In this document: positions 1 to 13,869 of the stretch, piece after piece | How the letters are laid out: every line of letters begins with the position of its first letter | Position numbering within the stretch: the first letter of the stretch is position 1 | Assembly (NCBI RefSeq): GCF_001194135.2 | Contig: NC_069001.1 | Coordinates: 3,304,502 to 3,368,501, forward strand | DNA: 64,000 bases | From: Octopus bimaculoides | Lineage: Eukaryota | Direction: 5' to 3' | Program-made: the position numbers and the translations under genes | Notes under the pieces: generated by a model | The model's input: the letters and a program-made list of their open reading frames with translations, nothing else | The model's database searches: none | What the model was told of the DNA's origin: nothing

Positions 1-33
1 ACACAAACGCAATCACTCACAGAAGCTCGCAAA

Positions 34-39
34 TTTATT
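34..39 (-). terminator. Candidate TMEM203 polyadenylation signal
   Basis: AATAAA on the minus strand, ~108 nt downstream of the TMEM203 stop. Confidence 0.5.
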
Positions 40-146
40 ATATATAAATATATAACTCCTAAATTTTTTTTTTCTTTTCTTTTTTTTTTCTGACCAGTCA
101 TTATATATATATACAAATATTACAGTAGACTGTGGCATTTGAAAGG

Positions 147-554
147 CTAGTGTACTTGGCAGGCCCGAAACATGATAATCTGTAACAGTATAAACAAGGG
201 AATCATTATCTCAGAACACGAGATCATCTTTTCATGGCTGAGTTTCTGGCACAGTAGAGTTTTGAATATAAAGATCAGCATGACAACTAGCAGAGATGAG
301 ACCAGTCGAATGCCGGCTGGACGTAGCAAGTCCAGTTCTTTTATAGTTCGGATGAACACGATGATGATGAAGTAAGCATCGATGGCGTCGATGGCGAACA
401 TGGGTGCAAACACCATCCACCACGACGTATCCATCACGCGTTCGTACTTCAGTGCAGCCATTATAGAGAAGACAAACACCGCTATCAGGTGCATCCAGAT
501 CTCAAAGGCCGTCAGACCAATCCATTGTACAAGTTCTCGTAGAGTGAAGAGCAT
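147..554 (-). CDS. TMEM203: Transmembrane protein 203, single coding exon, 135 aa
   Basis: MLFTLRELVQWIGLTAFEIWMHL...WWMVFAPMFAIDAIDAYF...LLCQKL...PLFILLQIIMFRACQVH closely matches human TMEM203 as recalled (MLFSLRELVQWLG...PLFILLQLLMIRACRVN). ATG at 554 has A at -3. The ORF-track start at 614 adds a poly-Thr extension. Confidence 0.93.
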   Translation of the reverse strand: MLFTLRELVQWIGLTAFEIWMHLIAVFVFSIMAALKYERVMDTSWWMVFAPMFAIDAIDAYFIIIVFIRTIKELDLLRPAGIRLVSSLLVVMLIFIFKTLLCQKLSHEKMISCSEIMIPLFILLQIIMFRACQVH

Positions 555-1004
555 GATGGTAGTGGTAGTGGTGGTGGTGGTGGTGGTGGTGATGGTGCTG
601 AAGTAGACATTCACGGTACCGACAGCTGCAATACAGCAAGCTTGGCTGAACGGCAGGCGGTTGTCTCGTTAACGATGAAATCTGCATGTAGGCAACGGGC
701 TGCTACCACCCCCGACACGAAAGTGTTGGTGGTAGTATGGTTCTGATCGGCTTAAATTGTAGATACTAGTTGTTTTATTATTTTTTTTTTGTTTTTCTGT
801 GATTTTTTTTTAAAGATTGTTTTTGTTGTTGTTGTAGTTGTTTTGGTTGTGATTCATGTGGGTTCTTTTCCTGAAGTAATCCTTATTGTTAGGTTTAGAA
901 GTCCTGGTGACATGAGTGGAACTGACTTTGGTGTGCCACGTAGACATTAGATCAGAGCAGGTAGATTCCATATCCCTGAGCCAATGACAACATTCTAGGT
1001 GCAC

Positions 1005-1040
1005 CTATGGAATATAGAAAAAGAGAGTAAATGTTAGCAC
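1005..1040 (-). promoter_or_regulatory. Splice acceptor upstream of TMEM203 (5'UTR intron end; exon begins at 1004)
   Basis: Minus strand reads gtgCTAACatttactctctttttctatattccatAG|gtgc: branch point, pyrimidine tract and AG. Confidence 0.55.
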
Positions 1041-1276
1041 AGGACACATGATGGGAAGGGAACAAGGTTTGCTGAGTAACAAATGGTAGTGGTGGTGGTG
1101 ATGGGGAGAGTGAAGCCCAGGAGGGAAAGAGTAAAGAAATCAGGGCTTCAAAGTTGAGAGGAGATGGGATGAAGTGCAAGGGGGACAAGAAAGGATGAGA
1201 TGAAAGGGGAGAGAATATGGTGAGAGATGACACAGGATGGATAGGGAGAGGATGTGATGAGACAGTATGAGTAGGA

Positions 1277-1500
1277 GGTGCATGGCTTAGTGGTTAGGGT
1301 ATTGGACTCATGATAATAAGGCTGTGGTTTCGATTCCTGGATCAGGCGATGTGTGGTGTTCTTGAGCAAAACACTTCATTTCATGTCCACTCAAATGGTA
1401 AGAATAAGTAATCCTGCACGGTACCAGCATCTTATCCAGGGAGGATTATATACGTCAGAGAATCCAGGAAAGTGGTCCTATGCTCCGTATGGTGTAATGT
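1277..1500 (+). mobile_element. tRNA-derived SINE, family C (related copies ~5138-5255 +, 16568-16740 +, 44572-44880 +, 38560-38760 -, 60470-60610 -)
   Basis: Shared head gcatggcttagtggttagg...ttcgattcc (A/B-box-like) followed by gtgttcttgagcaaaacacttcatttc in several copies. Confidence 0.7.
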
Positions 1501-2122
1501 GGACTAACGAGTAGAGACTAGATGAGGCTCAACACATGGGGTGAAGCAAGCAATGTTTGCTGAGTAACAGAAGAGGTGGGATGAGACAGGAGGAAATAAG
1601 GTTAAGATAAAAAACGGCAGAGGATGGGATGAGGCAGAGTGAGATAAAAAGGGGATGATGAGAAATGATATAGGATGAACAGGGAGTGTACAATAATAGG
1701 AGACAGTACGAGATGAGACAAGACGAGTGTAAATTTGCATATTACAAAGCTGTTCAACTCATTCTAACAGTGGAAGGGAGGGGAGGAAATGTTAAAATAA
1801 TGATAGTGATGATGTTTGTTTATGATATTTTGACATTATTAACATCAGTTCATCAGTTTGTGACAGAAAAACAAGAGCCCCACTAACAAAACTACAACCA
1901 CTTACCAATTGTGTGTGTGTGTGTGTATGTGTATGTATAGTACAATATCAATAATAACAAGAATGAAAAATTTGAACTTCGTTTATTTCCAGTTTATTCA
2001 TAATAATTGTTCAACACATGTTTACCAAAAACATACCATCTGAAGGAACCAGCCTTGGTATTTTACACAGAAAAATTTGGTATCTGCCTAGATATTATAT
2101 CCCTCCTCTTACTATATATATT

Positions 2123-2184
<62 letters not shown>

Positions 2185-2629
2185 GGTTAGTTCTAGCTAC
2201 AAACATCATACTAAGGTGGGACAACTTGTTATGTTGGACTTTAGTATTGTAAATTATCTTGCTAGCACTAAGTGACAGATAAATTGACTTGTGAAGATAA
2301 CACAGAACAGATAATATAACAGAAACAATATGGTTCTAAACTACTTTGGTTTTCGGTTCAGCCTCATGATATGACACCATGGGCATGTCTTCTACTATAG
2401 CCCTGGGCTGACCAAAGTCATGTGCAATACATTACCATGTTTATAGTAAGGGTCAAACTCCTGATCATGTTTGCTGTTATTTAGTCCCAGGTCGGCATCA
2501 ACTAAGTAATCCTATAATGAAAGGCCTTCCAGCTATGATCTTTGCTATGTTATCTCATGTAGTCTTATTTAGTTCCTTGTTCAAACCTACTCTCATTTGT
2601 ATCCAATATAGAGTGAATTTGAACTAAGG

Positions 2630-2755
2630 CACAGGCATGACTGTGTGGTAAAAAGCTTACTTCCCAACCACATGGTTCCAGGTTCAGTTCCACTGCGTGG
2701 CAGTCTCAGGCTGACCAAGGCTTTGTGAGTGGATCTGGAAACTGAAAGAAGCCCA
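2630..2755 (+). mobile_element. tRNA-derived SINE, family A, plus copy (others + at ~9352-9510, 17600-17720, 20640-20795, 49420-49565, 59530-59665, 60165-60325, 62512-62660)
   Basis: Consensus ggcatggctgtgtggtaagaagcttgcttcccaaccacatggttccaggttcagtcccactg...ccttgggcaagtgtcttctactatagcc...gtgagtggatttggtagacggaaactgaaagaagcc recurs more than 15 times. Confidence 0.8.
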
Positions 2756-3354
2756 TTCTATATATATATCTATGTGCATGGTCCCCCCAACCACCTGACA
2801 ATTGGTGTTGGTGCGTTTATATCCCTGTAACTTAGCAGTTCAGCGAAAGAGACCAATAGAATAAATACCAGGTTTTAAAACCTAAGTTCAACAAAAAACC
2901 CTTCAAGGCAGTGCCCCAGCATGGCCACACTCTAATGACTGAAACATATAAAAGATAAGAGCTTAGATTTCTAAATTAAAAAGTAAATAGCATATTTACC
3001 CGGAAGGCCACCAACACACCAAACATGTCATTATGTGCCAAACACGAACATTTAATAATATCAATAACAAAAAGATCATGTACTGACAAGAAAGTCTTAT
3101 TATCGTTATAATTTAAAGTCCATTTTTCCATGCTTGCACGAGTCAAATGGAATCTTTTGAGGCAGGTTACCTATGACAGGATATTCTCTCTGCTGTGTCC
3201 TGCCACAGAGAGAACATCCTACCATAGAAAATCCTTATTGGTTGCCAAGCAAGGTAATATTTCTGACGGTCAGGCTATGTTTTTCCAAGGAATACTGGAA
3301 ATAAACACTATCATCTGTATGAGAGTGACGCACATTTAAAACTATCACGTGACA

Positions 3355-3510
3355 GGCTTCTTTCAGTTTCCATTCCACAGAATCCACTCACAAGGCTTTG
3401 GTTAGCGTGGGGCTCTAGTAGAAGACACTTGCTCAAAGTGCTATACGGTGGGACTGAACCCAAGACCACATGGTTGATAAGCAAGCTTCTTTAGCACAAA
3501 GCCAGGTTTG
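3355..3510 (-). mobile_element. SINE family A, minus copy (others - at ~10610-10755, 11512-11665, 12655-12800, 23520-23650, 23685-23815, 30860-31020, 46385-46510, 56088-56245)
   Basis: Reverse complement of the family A consensus (ggcttctttcagtttcc...aatccactcacaaggctttgg...gaagacacttgc...gtgggactgaaccc). Confidence 0.8.
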
Positions 3511-4544
3511 TGTCTATATATGAAGTGTGTTGTAGTTTACTAGAAGCATTGTAGTATAATAGTAGAAAAAAAATGAATGAAATAAGAAAGATTCTAACAA
3601 TACAGAAAGTTTGAAAACCCTTTATATCTCAGGTGCAAAGGCCTATCTTCAGAAGGAAGCAGTCAAAGAAATGTGTATTTACATAGATTTTGGATATGAA
3701 TATATATATAATCATCCTCATTTAATGCCTGTTTTCTATGATGGCATGAGTTGGACAGCTTGACAGGGGCTGGCAAGCCAGAGGACTGCACCAATGTTGG
3801 GCCATGAAGTGGCCCATAACTTAACCATTTGAAAATAAAGATAAAATAAACATGGAGGTTGATATCATCAATGAAACAAAGGAAAGTGATGTCCCAGCAT
3901 GGCCACAGTCCAATAACTGAAACCAGTAAATAACAAACAGGATATAGCAACAAAATATACAAATACACACACACACAAGTATTGATTTCTCACATTACAT
4001 TACAAACATTGATTCCTTGTGACTGGTCATGAAGGACAATTGTGGCTGGGGAGACAACACACGAGAGAGAGAGGGGGGGAGTGAGAGAGTGAGAGAGAAT
4101 AAAAGAGGAAAGAAAGAGATAGAGAAAGGACAGGGTGGGAGTGTATGTATGTTTGTAAATGGGTGTTTGTGAATGAGTGTATGAATGTTTATGAGTGAAT
4201 GCATATACAGGGTAATAGAAAATTAACTCTCTATTTTAAAATACTTAGAAATTATTTATTAATTGTAATTTTATTCTCAAAATTTTTTTTGTGTTTGTTT
4301 TTTGAAGTACGAGAATTTATTCTTTAATTGTATTGTTCATGTCATTCACAAATGACTGAATACCTGCTTCCCTAGTACTAAGCAGTAACTAGACCATGGT
4401 ACTAATTAGTAATAAGACAACACTACTATTTAGCCCTTTTGACACCAACCCACCTGAAGTAGTACTTCATTCTATGATAGAAATTTCCATTCTTAAAATG
4501 CTCTAAATTAAAACCGTCCATCAAAATTTTGTTAGTTTATATTT

Positions 4545-4670
4545 CAAACCCCAGCTTAATAACAACAAAGTTATTTTCATAATTTTTTTTATTTTCGAAA
4601 TTAATTGAAAGAAGGGCAGTATATTTCAGCATAAATATGGTAACAACAGGACTAAACCAAGACAACTTCA
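4545..4670 (+). mobile_element. Non-autonomous DNA transposon fragment, possibly piggyBac-like (related pieces ~5885-6010, 10090-10240; left end at ~41052-41085)
   Basis: Repeated cagcttaataa..caaagttatttt...atatggtaac end; ttaaccct(a/t)tcgttacc at ~41053 is its inverted counterpart with a TTAA terminus. Confidence 0.4.
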
Positions 4671-6547
4671 CCAATACGTTAACTGCCAATGGCCTGTTAC
4701 TGGAACTTATTGGTGACACTACATATTTCTGGTGACACTGTAAACTGTTAAATCACAAGGAAATGTATTTTTTCGCATTTTTACAATATTTCATAATTAA
4801 ATTTTAATATTTAGAATTTATGTTATTTAAATATCCTTGAAACCATGACAAAGATACAGAATAAGATATTTTCTCACATTACGAAAATGTACCACCGGTT
4901 GTGCATATAATGATTGTGTGAAGTTTGCAAGGAACCACCAGCAGGAAAATGTGGCAGCTAACATGTTAAAACCTGCAGTATGTTTTAACATGTATGTTTT
5001 GTAAGCCTTTCCATTCTGAGTTCAAAACCAGCTAAAGTCAACTTCATTTATGTTTCTGCATTTGATGAAATAAAGAACCAGCCAAGCACTGGCATGGGCT
5101 GATCGATTATTTTTATAAAGTATCCAGCATGTGTGTAGGTGCATGGCCTAGTGGTTAGGCTGCTACACTTACTATTGCTAGATTGTGGGTTTGCTTCCCC
5201 GAGTGGACGGCATATTGTGTTTTTGAGCAAAACTCTTCATTTCACATAGCTCCTGTTCCTCCCTTTCGATCAGATAGGAATGGTGACCTGTTAGCCTAGC
5301 CAGCAGGGTGGCATCATTTGAAGGCTAAAGCAATGCAAATGTGCATTGTGACCAGCGATGTGTAACAACATCTGACAACCCAATCGGTCACGCGTGATCC
5401 AAGATGTGAATGGCATAATAACAGAAGACTCCTACACTCTTATCACACTATCAACCTGTAATGAAACAGCATATCAGGTAGTTGAGGGCCAGTTAGTAGT
5501 GATGGCTTTCTGGTAGCAAAGGGGTTAATAACGACACCGCAATACTAATTAGTAATGTAAGCACAATACTAATTAGTAACCAGTCCACAGTACTAGATGG
5601 TAACAAGGAGTACAAAAACCAGTTACCACCTGGGAAATGGCCAAGTTCAATATGAAGGAAGTTGGCAAGAACTTAATGTAATGTTCTCAGTCATTCAATT
5701 ATTGCTCATATGCAAAGATGCTGTGGGATCTCTGGCAGACTGACAGGAAATCAGGGCTTCAGATGAGCCAAATATAAAAGATATACAAGAATAAAAGATA
5801 TACAAGAATAGTTATCTCTGATGACAACTCATACAATGAAGACGACAAAATGTTTAAAACAAGCAAAAAAGAAAAAAAAAACCCCCAAGTGTCATGCTTT
5901 AAGTGAACTAAATTAAAACCCTCCATTTTATGTTTCAAAGACCTGTTATTTTACTAAATTCTTCATTATTTTCAAAAATAACTGTGAAACGAAAGTGTAT
6001 TTCACCAGAGACCTGAAAGGACAAAAGGCAAAGTCGACCTCGGCAGAATAATAATAATAATGAAGTATTACTTTAGCCAAAGGCTAAGATGATAAAGCAG
6101 ACAAATGGTAGATGTTGAGTAGGGTGGCAGGTGATTGAAAGTATAATAGAAATATATTTCTCCCAGTAAATGTGTTTACTACTTTTGGAATGGATGGATG
6201 GATGGTAGGGCAATGACTGCAGAGAAAGAAAAGAAGAGATAGGGGAGGATGTACAAGGAGGAGAAAGCAAGGAAACAACAACAACAAACAGCCAACAGGA
6301 TTTTTAAAATTTTATTCATCTCCATACAATCTGCCCTGCCAACGAGCAGGTGGTTCAGTTTGAACCTTTGTCTCAGCCACTACCACACCTACATTCATCT
6401 CTCCTCCATAAAAGACATTGCTGAAGTTGAGGAAGACAAAAATAACAACCTCCAGAAATAACACTGAACTAAGAGAGAAGTCCAACAGTTCCCTGCTGTA
6501 TATGTATACACACACTTATATATATATATATATACATACACATATGA

Positions 6548-6612
<65 letters not shown>

Positions 6613-6917
6613 TCATCATCATATACGTATATATTCATACACACATACATAAATATACACACATAGATACATATATATATATACATACATACATACATAC
6701 ACACATGTAATATATACACACAAACGCACACACATATATAAATGTACACTCACATATATATTTGCTAAAGTTTGTTTTTAACAAAGTTATATATAAAAAC
6801 AGTTTAACATTAAACTGAAGGATTAGTCAATGCTTTTAGTAGAGAGAATCTATTTATTAAACTTTAACAAGGGGACTGACTGTGACTTTGAAGTTTTGAC
6901 TTGATGGCCTTCATCAG

Positions 6918-6966
<49 letters not shown>

Positions 6967-8469
6967 TTATATGCGTATGTATATAGAGGCCTACATTGTC
7001 ATTAGATATGATGTGCCAGTACAATGAGGGTGTAGAAAGAGAGGGCTGGCAAGAGGAAAAAGGATTAAGGACCACTTATAAAGTCTGTGTTTATATCACA
7101 CACACACATATCTAAAGTTGCATTCATATCCTAGTCACTACACACACACAAGCAAATATAACAAAAGCTTTAAGCTATTCTGAACCAGGAAATCATGGAC
7201 CACCCTGATTAAATCCACATGATGCACCCTTTCATCTACCACATGTCAACCTGCCCTTTGCTCAGTCTTTTCACCTCACAGACCTACAACTCTCTAGAAT
7301 TTTCTATCTTCGTATAAATAGGATACAAGTTGACCATTAACTTATGTTCACTTCTCTAATCTAAAAAGGGAAGGACTTACAAGCAGCACCCACTTTTCAG
7401 CGAACTAAATTAAAAACCAGAGCAAAAAACAATAGGTTAGACAGTGTGTGTGTGTACACAGCACATTAAACCTCTTGTGTGAGGTTTGTATAGTTGTTAC
7501 CTGTTCACATAGGTATGTGCACAAGGAAAGAAAGGTGTGTTCATGAGCAAGTAAGAAAATATGTGGTATTGTTTGTGAGAAATACATGTGTGTGTGTTTG
7601 TAAATATATACCCACACATATACGCAGAAAGAGATATAAGACCATATGCTTAGAAAGAGAGAAAGGGGGAAAGGGAGAGTTAGGCAGCAGTAGAAACGTT
7701 TTAAACTTGGAACTATCTTCATTTATTATTTGTTCTCAGTTGTCAGTTTAAATTTCAACCTCACAAAAAATTTAGCAACTGAATTACTGAAACAGACAAA
7801 TATTAAATGACTGTATGATCACAAGATTAATAGTTGTTATTAAGGGAGATTATAATAATTGTTAGGGATAGATTAAAGCTATATGTGAGATGTTTTTGTA
7901 CATGCACACACACACACATCTGTGTTTGTGTGAGTCTGTCTATCATCATTTAGAATCTAAGTTTCATGCTGACATGGGTTGGAGGGGTTGACACGATTCA
8001 AATGTGTCCATGGACTGCATTGCACTCCAGTATCTGCTTTGGCATGGTTCCTACAGCTGGATACCTTTCTTGATATCAACTGTATTACAGAATGGACTGG
8101 GTGCTTTTTTTTTTTTGTTTTTATGTTACCTGCACTATTAAGACTACCATGCAGTCCGCAAGATTACAAACCCTGGGGGGGAGATATGGAGGAGCAGTTT
8201 CATGCAAGAGGACAAAGTGATTACTATGAGGGTGGGATAGAACAGGTTTTTGTGAAGGGATCTGCATGGTAGAGAGAGAGAGAGAGAGAATGATCAGTAG
8301 GAGCAACACAAGATAAATAACAGCAATGAAGTGCCCAGGTCAAAGCACAAGCTGAGAAATAGGTGGCTGGGTGGGCAGTTTGTAAGATNNNNNNNNNNAA
8401 AGCACAATTGAGCTGGGAAAGTTAGAGGGTGCAGAAGTGAGAGTGAGGGGGGGGGGGCAAGTAGCAGGA

Positions 8470-8940
8470 GTAGTAAAGATGATACGGTACAGCGTACACC
8501 TACCCTTTTGCTGCATACTGAGTAAGGCCATTTTCCTGAAGGTACCAGGGTCCCACTTTCTTTCCTACTTACTAAAAAACCTTTGCCTTTGTTAGATTTA
8601 CCACAAGGCCTCTCTATTCTAGGTTCAGCCTCCATCCCTAAACTTTCTTTTTTAATTCCCCCATAGACTCAGGTATGAGAACTAGATCATCAGCATGGAC
8701 AGCCAGTTTTCAACTTTTCTATGATGGTTTGTAGGACTACTATGAATTAGAGAGAACTGAGGACTGAACCTTGGTGAACCCCCACTTTCATGCCAAATTC
8801 ATTACAACAGTGCTTGCCAACTCTCACTTTACATACTGCATCATCGTACATAGCTTGAACTGCCTGCACAAGCCATTCATCAACACCTAGTTTCCTCAGA
8901 GCCCACCAAATTACCGAACATGGTACATCAGGCCAAGAGG
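8470..8940 (-). mobile_element. Degenerate RTE-clade LINE reverse-transcriptase fragment
   Basis: VPCSVIWWALRKLGVDEWLVQAVQAMYDDAVCKVRVG...VGVHQGSVLS followed by a decayed (Y)ADDL segment, typical of RTE RT. Confidence 0.85.
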
Positions 8941-11900
8941 AAATAGAAACCTTGCTTGGAATTAGGTGAGGATCAGTGGACAAGAAGGGCACCCAGCCAT
9001 GGAAAATCTACTTCAACAAACTAAATAGATAGTATGGTCATGGCTGGAATGCTTTTGATCAGAGGCCTGCTCAATCAGAAGTGACCTGGCAACGGTAAAA
9101 ACAATATCAAAACATCCTGTTTCCAAATAAGATAATATTTCCAAGTGGTCAGAAAATGTCATTTGCAGAATACTGGCAATGAATGACATTCATTTACAAC
9201 AATCACATGATGTCAAAACAAGGAGACAGAAAAATGCACATTCACATGCATACACACACACACACACATCTAGAATCACAAGTTGTAACTTGCCTGAAGA
9301 CCCTATGCACCTACAGGTGAAACTCAAAGTAGCAACAGACTGACTTCACCATAGGCGCAGACATGGCTGTGTGGTAAGAAGCTTGCTTCCCAACCACATG
9401 GTTCCAGGTTCAGACCCACTGCATGGCACCTTGGGCAAGTGTCTTCTACTATAGCCTCGGGCCGACCAAAGCCCTGTGAGTGGATTGGGTAGACGGAAAC
9501 TGAAAGAAGTGTGATGTATACATAAATATATATGTATATAAAAGCAAAACATTCTTAATTTATCGACCCCAGAAGGATGAAAGGCAGAGTCAACCTTGGA
9601 AGAATTTGAAAATAATAGGAGAGAGAGAGTAGTGTGAAACTAGATTTGTTAGGAGAGGAAAATACTTTAATTCCTTTTTATATCAACCCACTTGAGACCA
9701 CTTCTCATTCTAGGATACAAATTCCATTTCAAAGTGGTTAAGAATCATGCTTTCCAGCTACATGGTTTCATGTTCAGTCCCACCATGTAGCACAAGGGGC
9801 AAGTATTATCTACTACAGCCATGGGCTGAACTAAACCAGAAAGTGAAAATAACCATTTGTGTATGTGTATGTGTGTGTGTGTGTGTTTGTCTTGACATCA
9901 AGTGACTGATGTATATGAATGCCATTCATCTTCAATATTCTGCAAAAATGCATTCAACCATGGGGAAATATTACCTTGCTTGGAAACAGGTAAGGAAGAG
10001 CATCCAGCTGTAGAAGATTTGCCTCAATAAACTCTGTCGAACCCATGTAAGCATTGAAGAGCAGTCGTTAAAATAATGACAGTGAAAATGATCTAAATTA
10101 AAAGCTGCTATCAAGTTATGTTCCAAACACGCAGCTTAATAATGACAAAGTTATTTTGATAAATTCTTCATTATTTTCAAAATTAACTGCAACAAAAGCA
10201 GTGTACTTCAACAGAAATATGGTAACAAAAGTGCTAAGTGGGCGAAATCTGAAGCAGATGGGAAAAACTGAAGGATGATTATCATTATTAGTGGAAAGGT
10301 ATCAAGAAGAATATGAAACAAAGAAACAAAGTGTTCATCATCATAATAATTGTAGCAACGTCCACTTTGTCATTTCTCCATGAGCTGGACAGAGTTTACT
10401 GAGCGAGATGTTTTATGGCTGTGTACCCTTTTTGCCACCAACAGTTATCTGTTTTCAAGCAAGCCCCAAGGCCAGACATGTTTTTGTAGAATACTGGAAA
10501 TAAAGGAGACTGTTTATGTTATTCATTTACAAGTATCACACAATGTCAAGACAAGGAGACAAACACAGGCACACATATATATGTTTATATGTACATACAT
10601 GCACACAACTGGCTTCTTTCAGTTTCCATCCACCAAATCCACTCACAAATTTTTGTTGGCCCAGGGCTATAGTAGAAGACACTTGCCCATGGTGCCACAC
10701 AGTGGAAGAGAACCTGAAACCATGTTGTTGGGAAACAGACTTCTTAAGTCCACAGCCACACCCCTCCTCTGTTCCCTGCTATGTTCCTTCCCCAATTAGT
10801 AACTACTAATCTCTAACTCTCCCTAGTACCACCTGATTACTATTATAAATCTGTTCCTCTCATCTTACTCTCCCTCATTGCCTTGGCATAAAGTCATCAC
10901 CCACTCTCTCATCTGTTCTCTTTCAGTTACAGGGGTCACTTTATGACATGATTTTCACTAGTGTTGGTGTAACTTTATAAGTGTACACATTATATAATCT
11001 ATAAAGTGGTTGGCATTAAGAAGGGTATCCAGTTGCAGAAACCATGTCAAAGTAGACACTGGATCACAACACAATCCCCGGACTTGTCAGAGCTTGTTGA
11101 AAAACCCAACCTATCTCAGCATTGTATGTTGGACATTAAATAACGATGATGATTATATATATAATTCTATTTTTGCTGTACATGCACATAACTTAATATC
11201 ATTTTCCAGCTGACATATTTTCCATCCACATTTCCCACTCTTAAATATTTTATCTCATATATCACAAAGTGAACTGTGATATCCATGAAGATGAGTAATG
11301 ATAGAGAGGAATGTCTTTTTACATGTTCCAGTCATTAGGCTGTGGCCATGCTGGGGCAGTCATATGGATTGACCCCAGTGCCTTTTTTTCTTCTAAAGCC
11401 TAGTACTTATTCTATTGATCATTTTTGCTGAACCACTAAGCCACAGGGACATAAACACATCAACACCGGTTGTCAAGTGGTGGTGGGGGACAGACAGACA
11501 CACACACACGATGGGTTTCTTTCAGTTCCCATCTACTAAATCCATTCACAAGGCTTTGGTCAGCCCAAGGTTATAGAAGACACTTGCCCAAGGTGCCATG
11601 CAGTTGATTGAACCTAAAACCATGTGGTTGGAAAGCAAGCTTCTTACCACACAACCGTGTCTGCACCTAATGTTGGTGCAGAACAACCCAAAAGACTGTT
11701 CGCACTGTGAATTTATGTCTTTGTGAATTACACAAACAGGAAGAATAACACACAAATATACTATATAAAGGAATCCTGAAATATCTGAGTTCCCTTGAAG
11801 GACTCCTAGACGTTTCAGTGACCCCTCAACTTTTCGGCCAGCATTGAACTAAAGACAGTTGGTTACTTGTTTAACAACACAATATATAGTAATTGTTGAC

Positions 11901-12557
11901 ATAACAAACGACTTGTATATAACTCACTCATGAACAGATAATGAGATGATGCAGTCTACAAATATACAAGTATGTATATCAATAAAAAATAAAGGCTGTC
12001 ACAGAACGGTTGTAAAAATTCTTGACTTATAATGTAAACAAATACCTCCATAGATGAACTCATGCTTGTTTGAGTTGATATGCATGAAGACCCATATATC
12101 TGTGCATCTCTTTCTCTCTCTCTAAATATATATTTATATATATATACACACACAACACTCTACCCAGGCCTCTGGGTGTGTTTAGTAGAATTCACTCAAT
12201 TACAAGAATTCGAGTCAGGTTCCTAGTTTGAAAAAACTATACTTTCCTCCACCTTCCACATGCCTCGGAGACACTGAAAAGGGTCTCTGGGAACTGCACT
12301 ATCTCTTGACCAAGTAATTGTATGTGTCTGTCTGTCTATATATATATATATACACACACACACACTTGTGAAAACAATACATACATACACACATTTCGGC
12401 CATTGACTTGTGACAAACGAGGTTGATAACATCGCTCTCACCCCGCCTAGTACGTATTTTGACGATATCTATTTGTCGTACAGCTATGCAACGGCATAAA
12501 GGGACGTAACATGAAAAACACCGGTTTTGAGACCGGTGTAGCAGAAATACACACACC

Positions 12558-12643
<86 letters not shown>

Positions 12644-13066
12644 TATTTGCGTGTGTACAATTTCCGTCTACTAAATTACACTCACAAGGTAGTTTGTCAA
12701 ATCGAGGCTATAGTTGAAGACGCTAACCAGAGATGTCGCGCAGTAGGATCGAACACCGATCCACGTGGTTGCAAAGGAAACTTCTTAGGCACACAGCCAT
12801 GATTGTACCCATATATGTATGTGTATATACGTGCATGTGATTTCACATATATATAAACATCACATAAGCATATATGCATACACACATGTGGATTTATAAA
12901 TACACACAGATTATGCATAGCGCTTATTGTGTTTCCTCTCCCTTAACCGTAACGACCATAACCCTTTTGGTGATGGTGGGGAAGCGAATAAACGCCGAAT
13001 TGTAACATAAATTATATTTAACTCGAGATCATATATTGAGTGATCTTTCATGACATGTGAACACCA

Positions 13067-13098
<32 letters not shown>

Positions 13099-13219
13099 CT
13101 GTGTGTGTGTACACACATATATATAGACATATACACTATAGATATACATATATAGAGTTTGTATAATAAAAAAAAAACACTGTCGAGGTAATACAAAATT
13201 AATTAAATATACGTAATGT

Positions 13220-13283
<64 letters not shown>

Positions 13284-13869
13284 CGTAATAAATGTACGGG
13301 AATATAAAGACAAACACACATAGATGCATAGCAATATAACACAACGTTCATAATAAATGGGGAAAATATATTAATGTCTTAATAAACCTGAGGAGATATG
13401 ATATAATGAGTGTATTTTACACTATATCTCGCCTCCACCACCACGACACTATCGCTAGTGATATATAGTATTTCTAAATCCTGCTACTGCCACCATCACT
13501 ACTACTACTACTACTACTACTATACGGACATGTTCGTGTTATTACATATCAACTCGCATACTAATGTCCTTCTATATAAACACATAGAACACTAACGAAA
13601 GGCTACTAACCCGTCGACACCACTAATAGCTGATAGTGTTCCTTTTAATAATATCGCTAGGTCGAGCTTTGCAAGGACTTCCTATTATACTTCATCTATA
13701 GCAATATTTTCTATTATCATTGCCATCATGAAACATATAATTAAAAGAATAACCCCGCTTTATCGTTAAAAACTATCAAACGGGTTGATTGAAACGAAAG
13801 ATGATACATACAAGTACACATATGAATATATATATAGAAAAGGGGAAGAGATGGTTGATTCCGACATAC

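Noticed and set aside
2630-2755. tRNA genes at SINE heads
   Set aside because: A/B-box-like motifs are present, but there is no full cloverleaf and they continue into SINE bodies.
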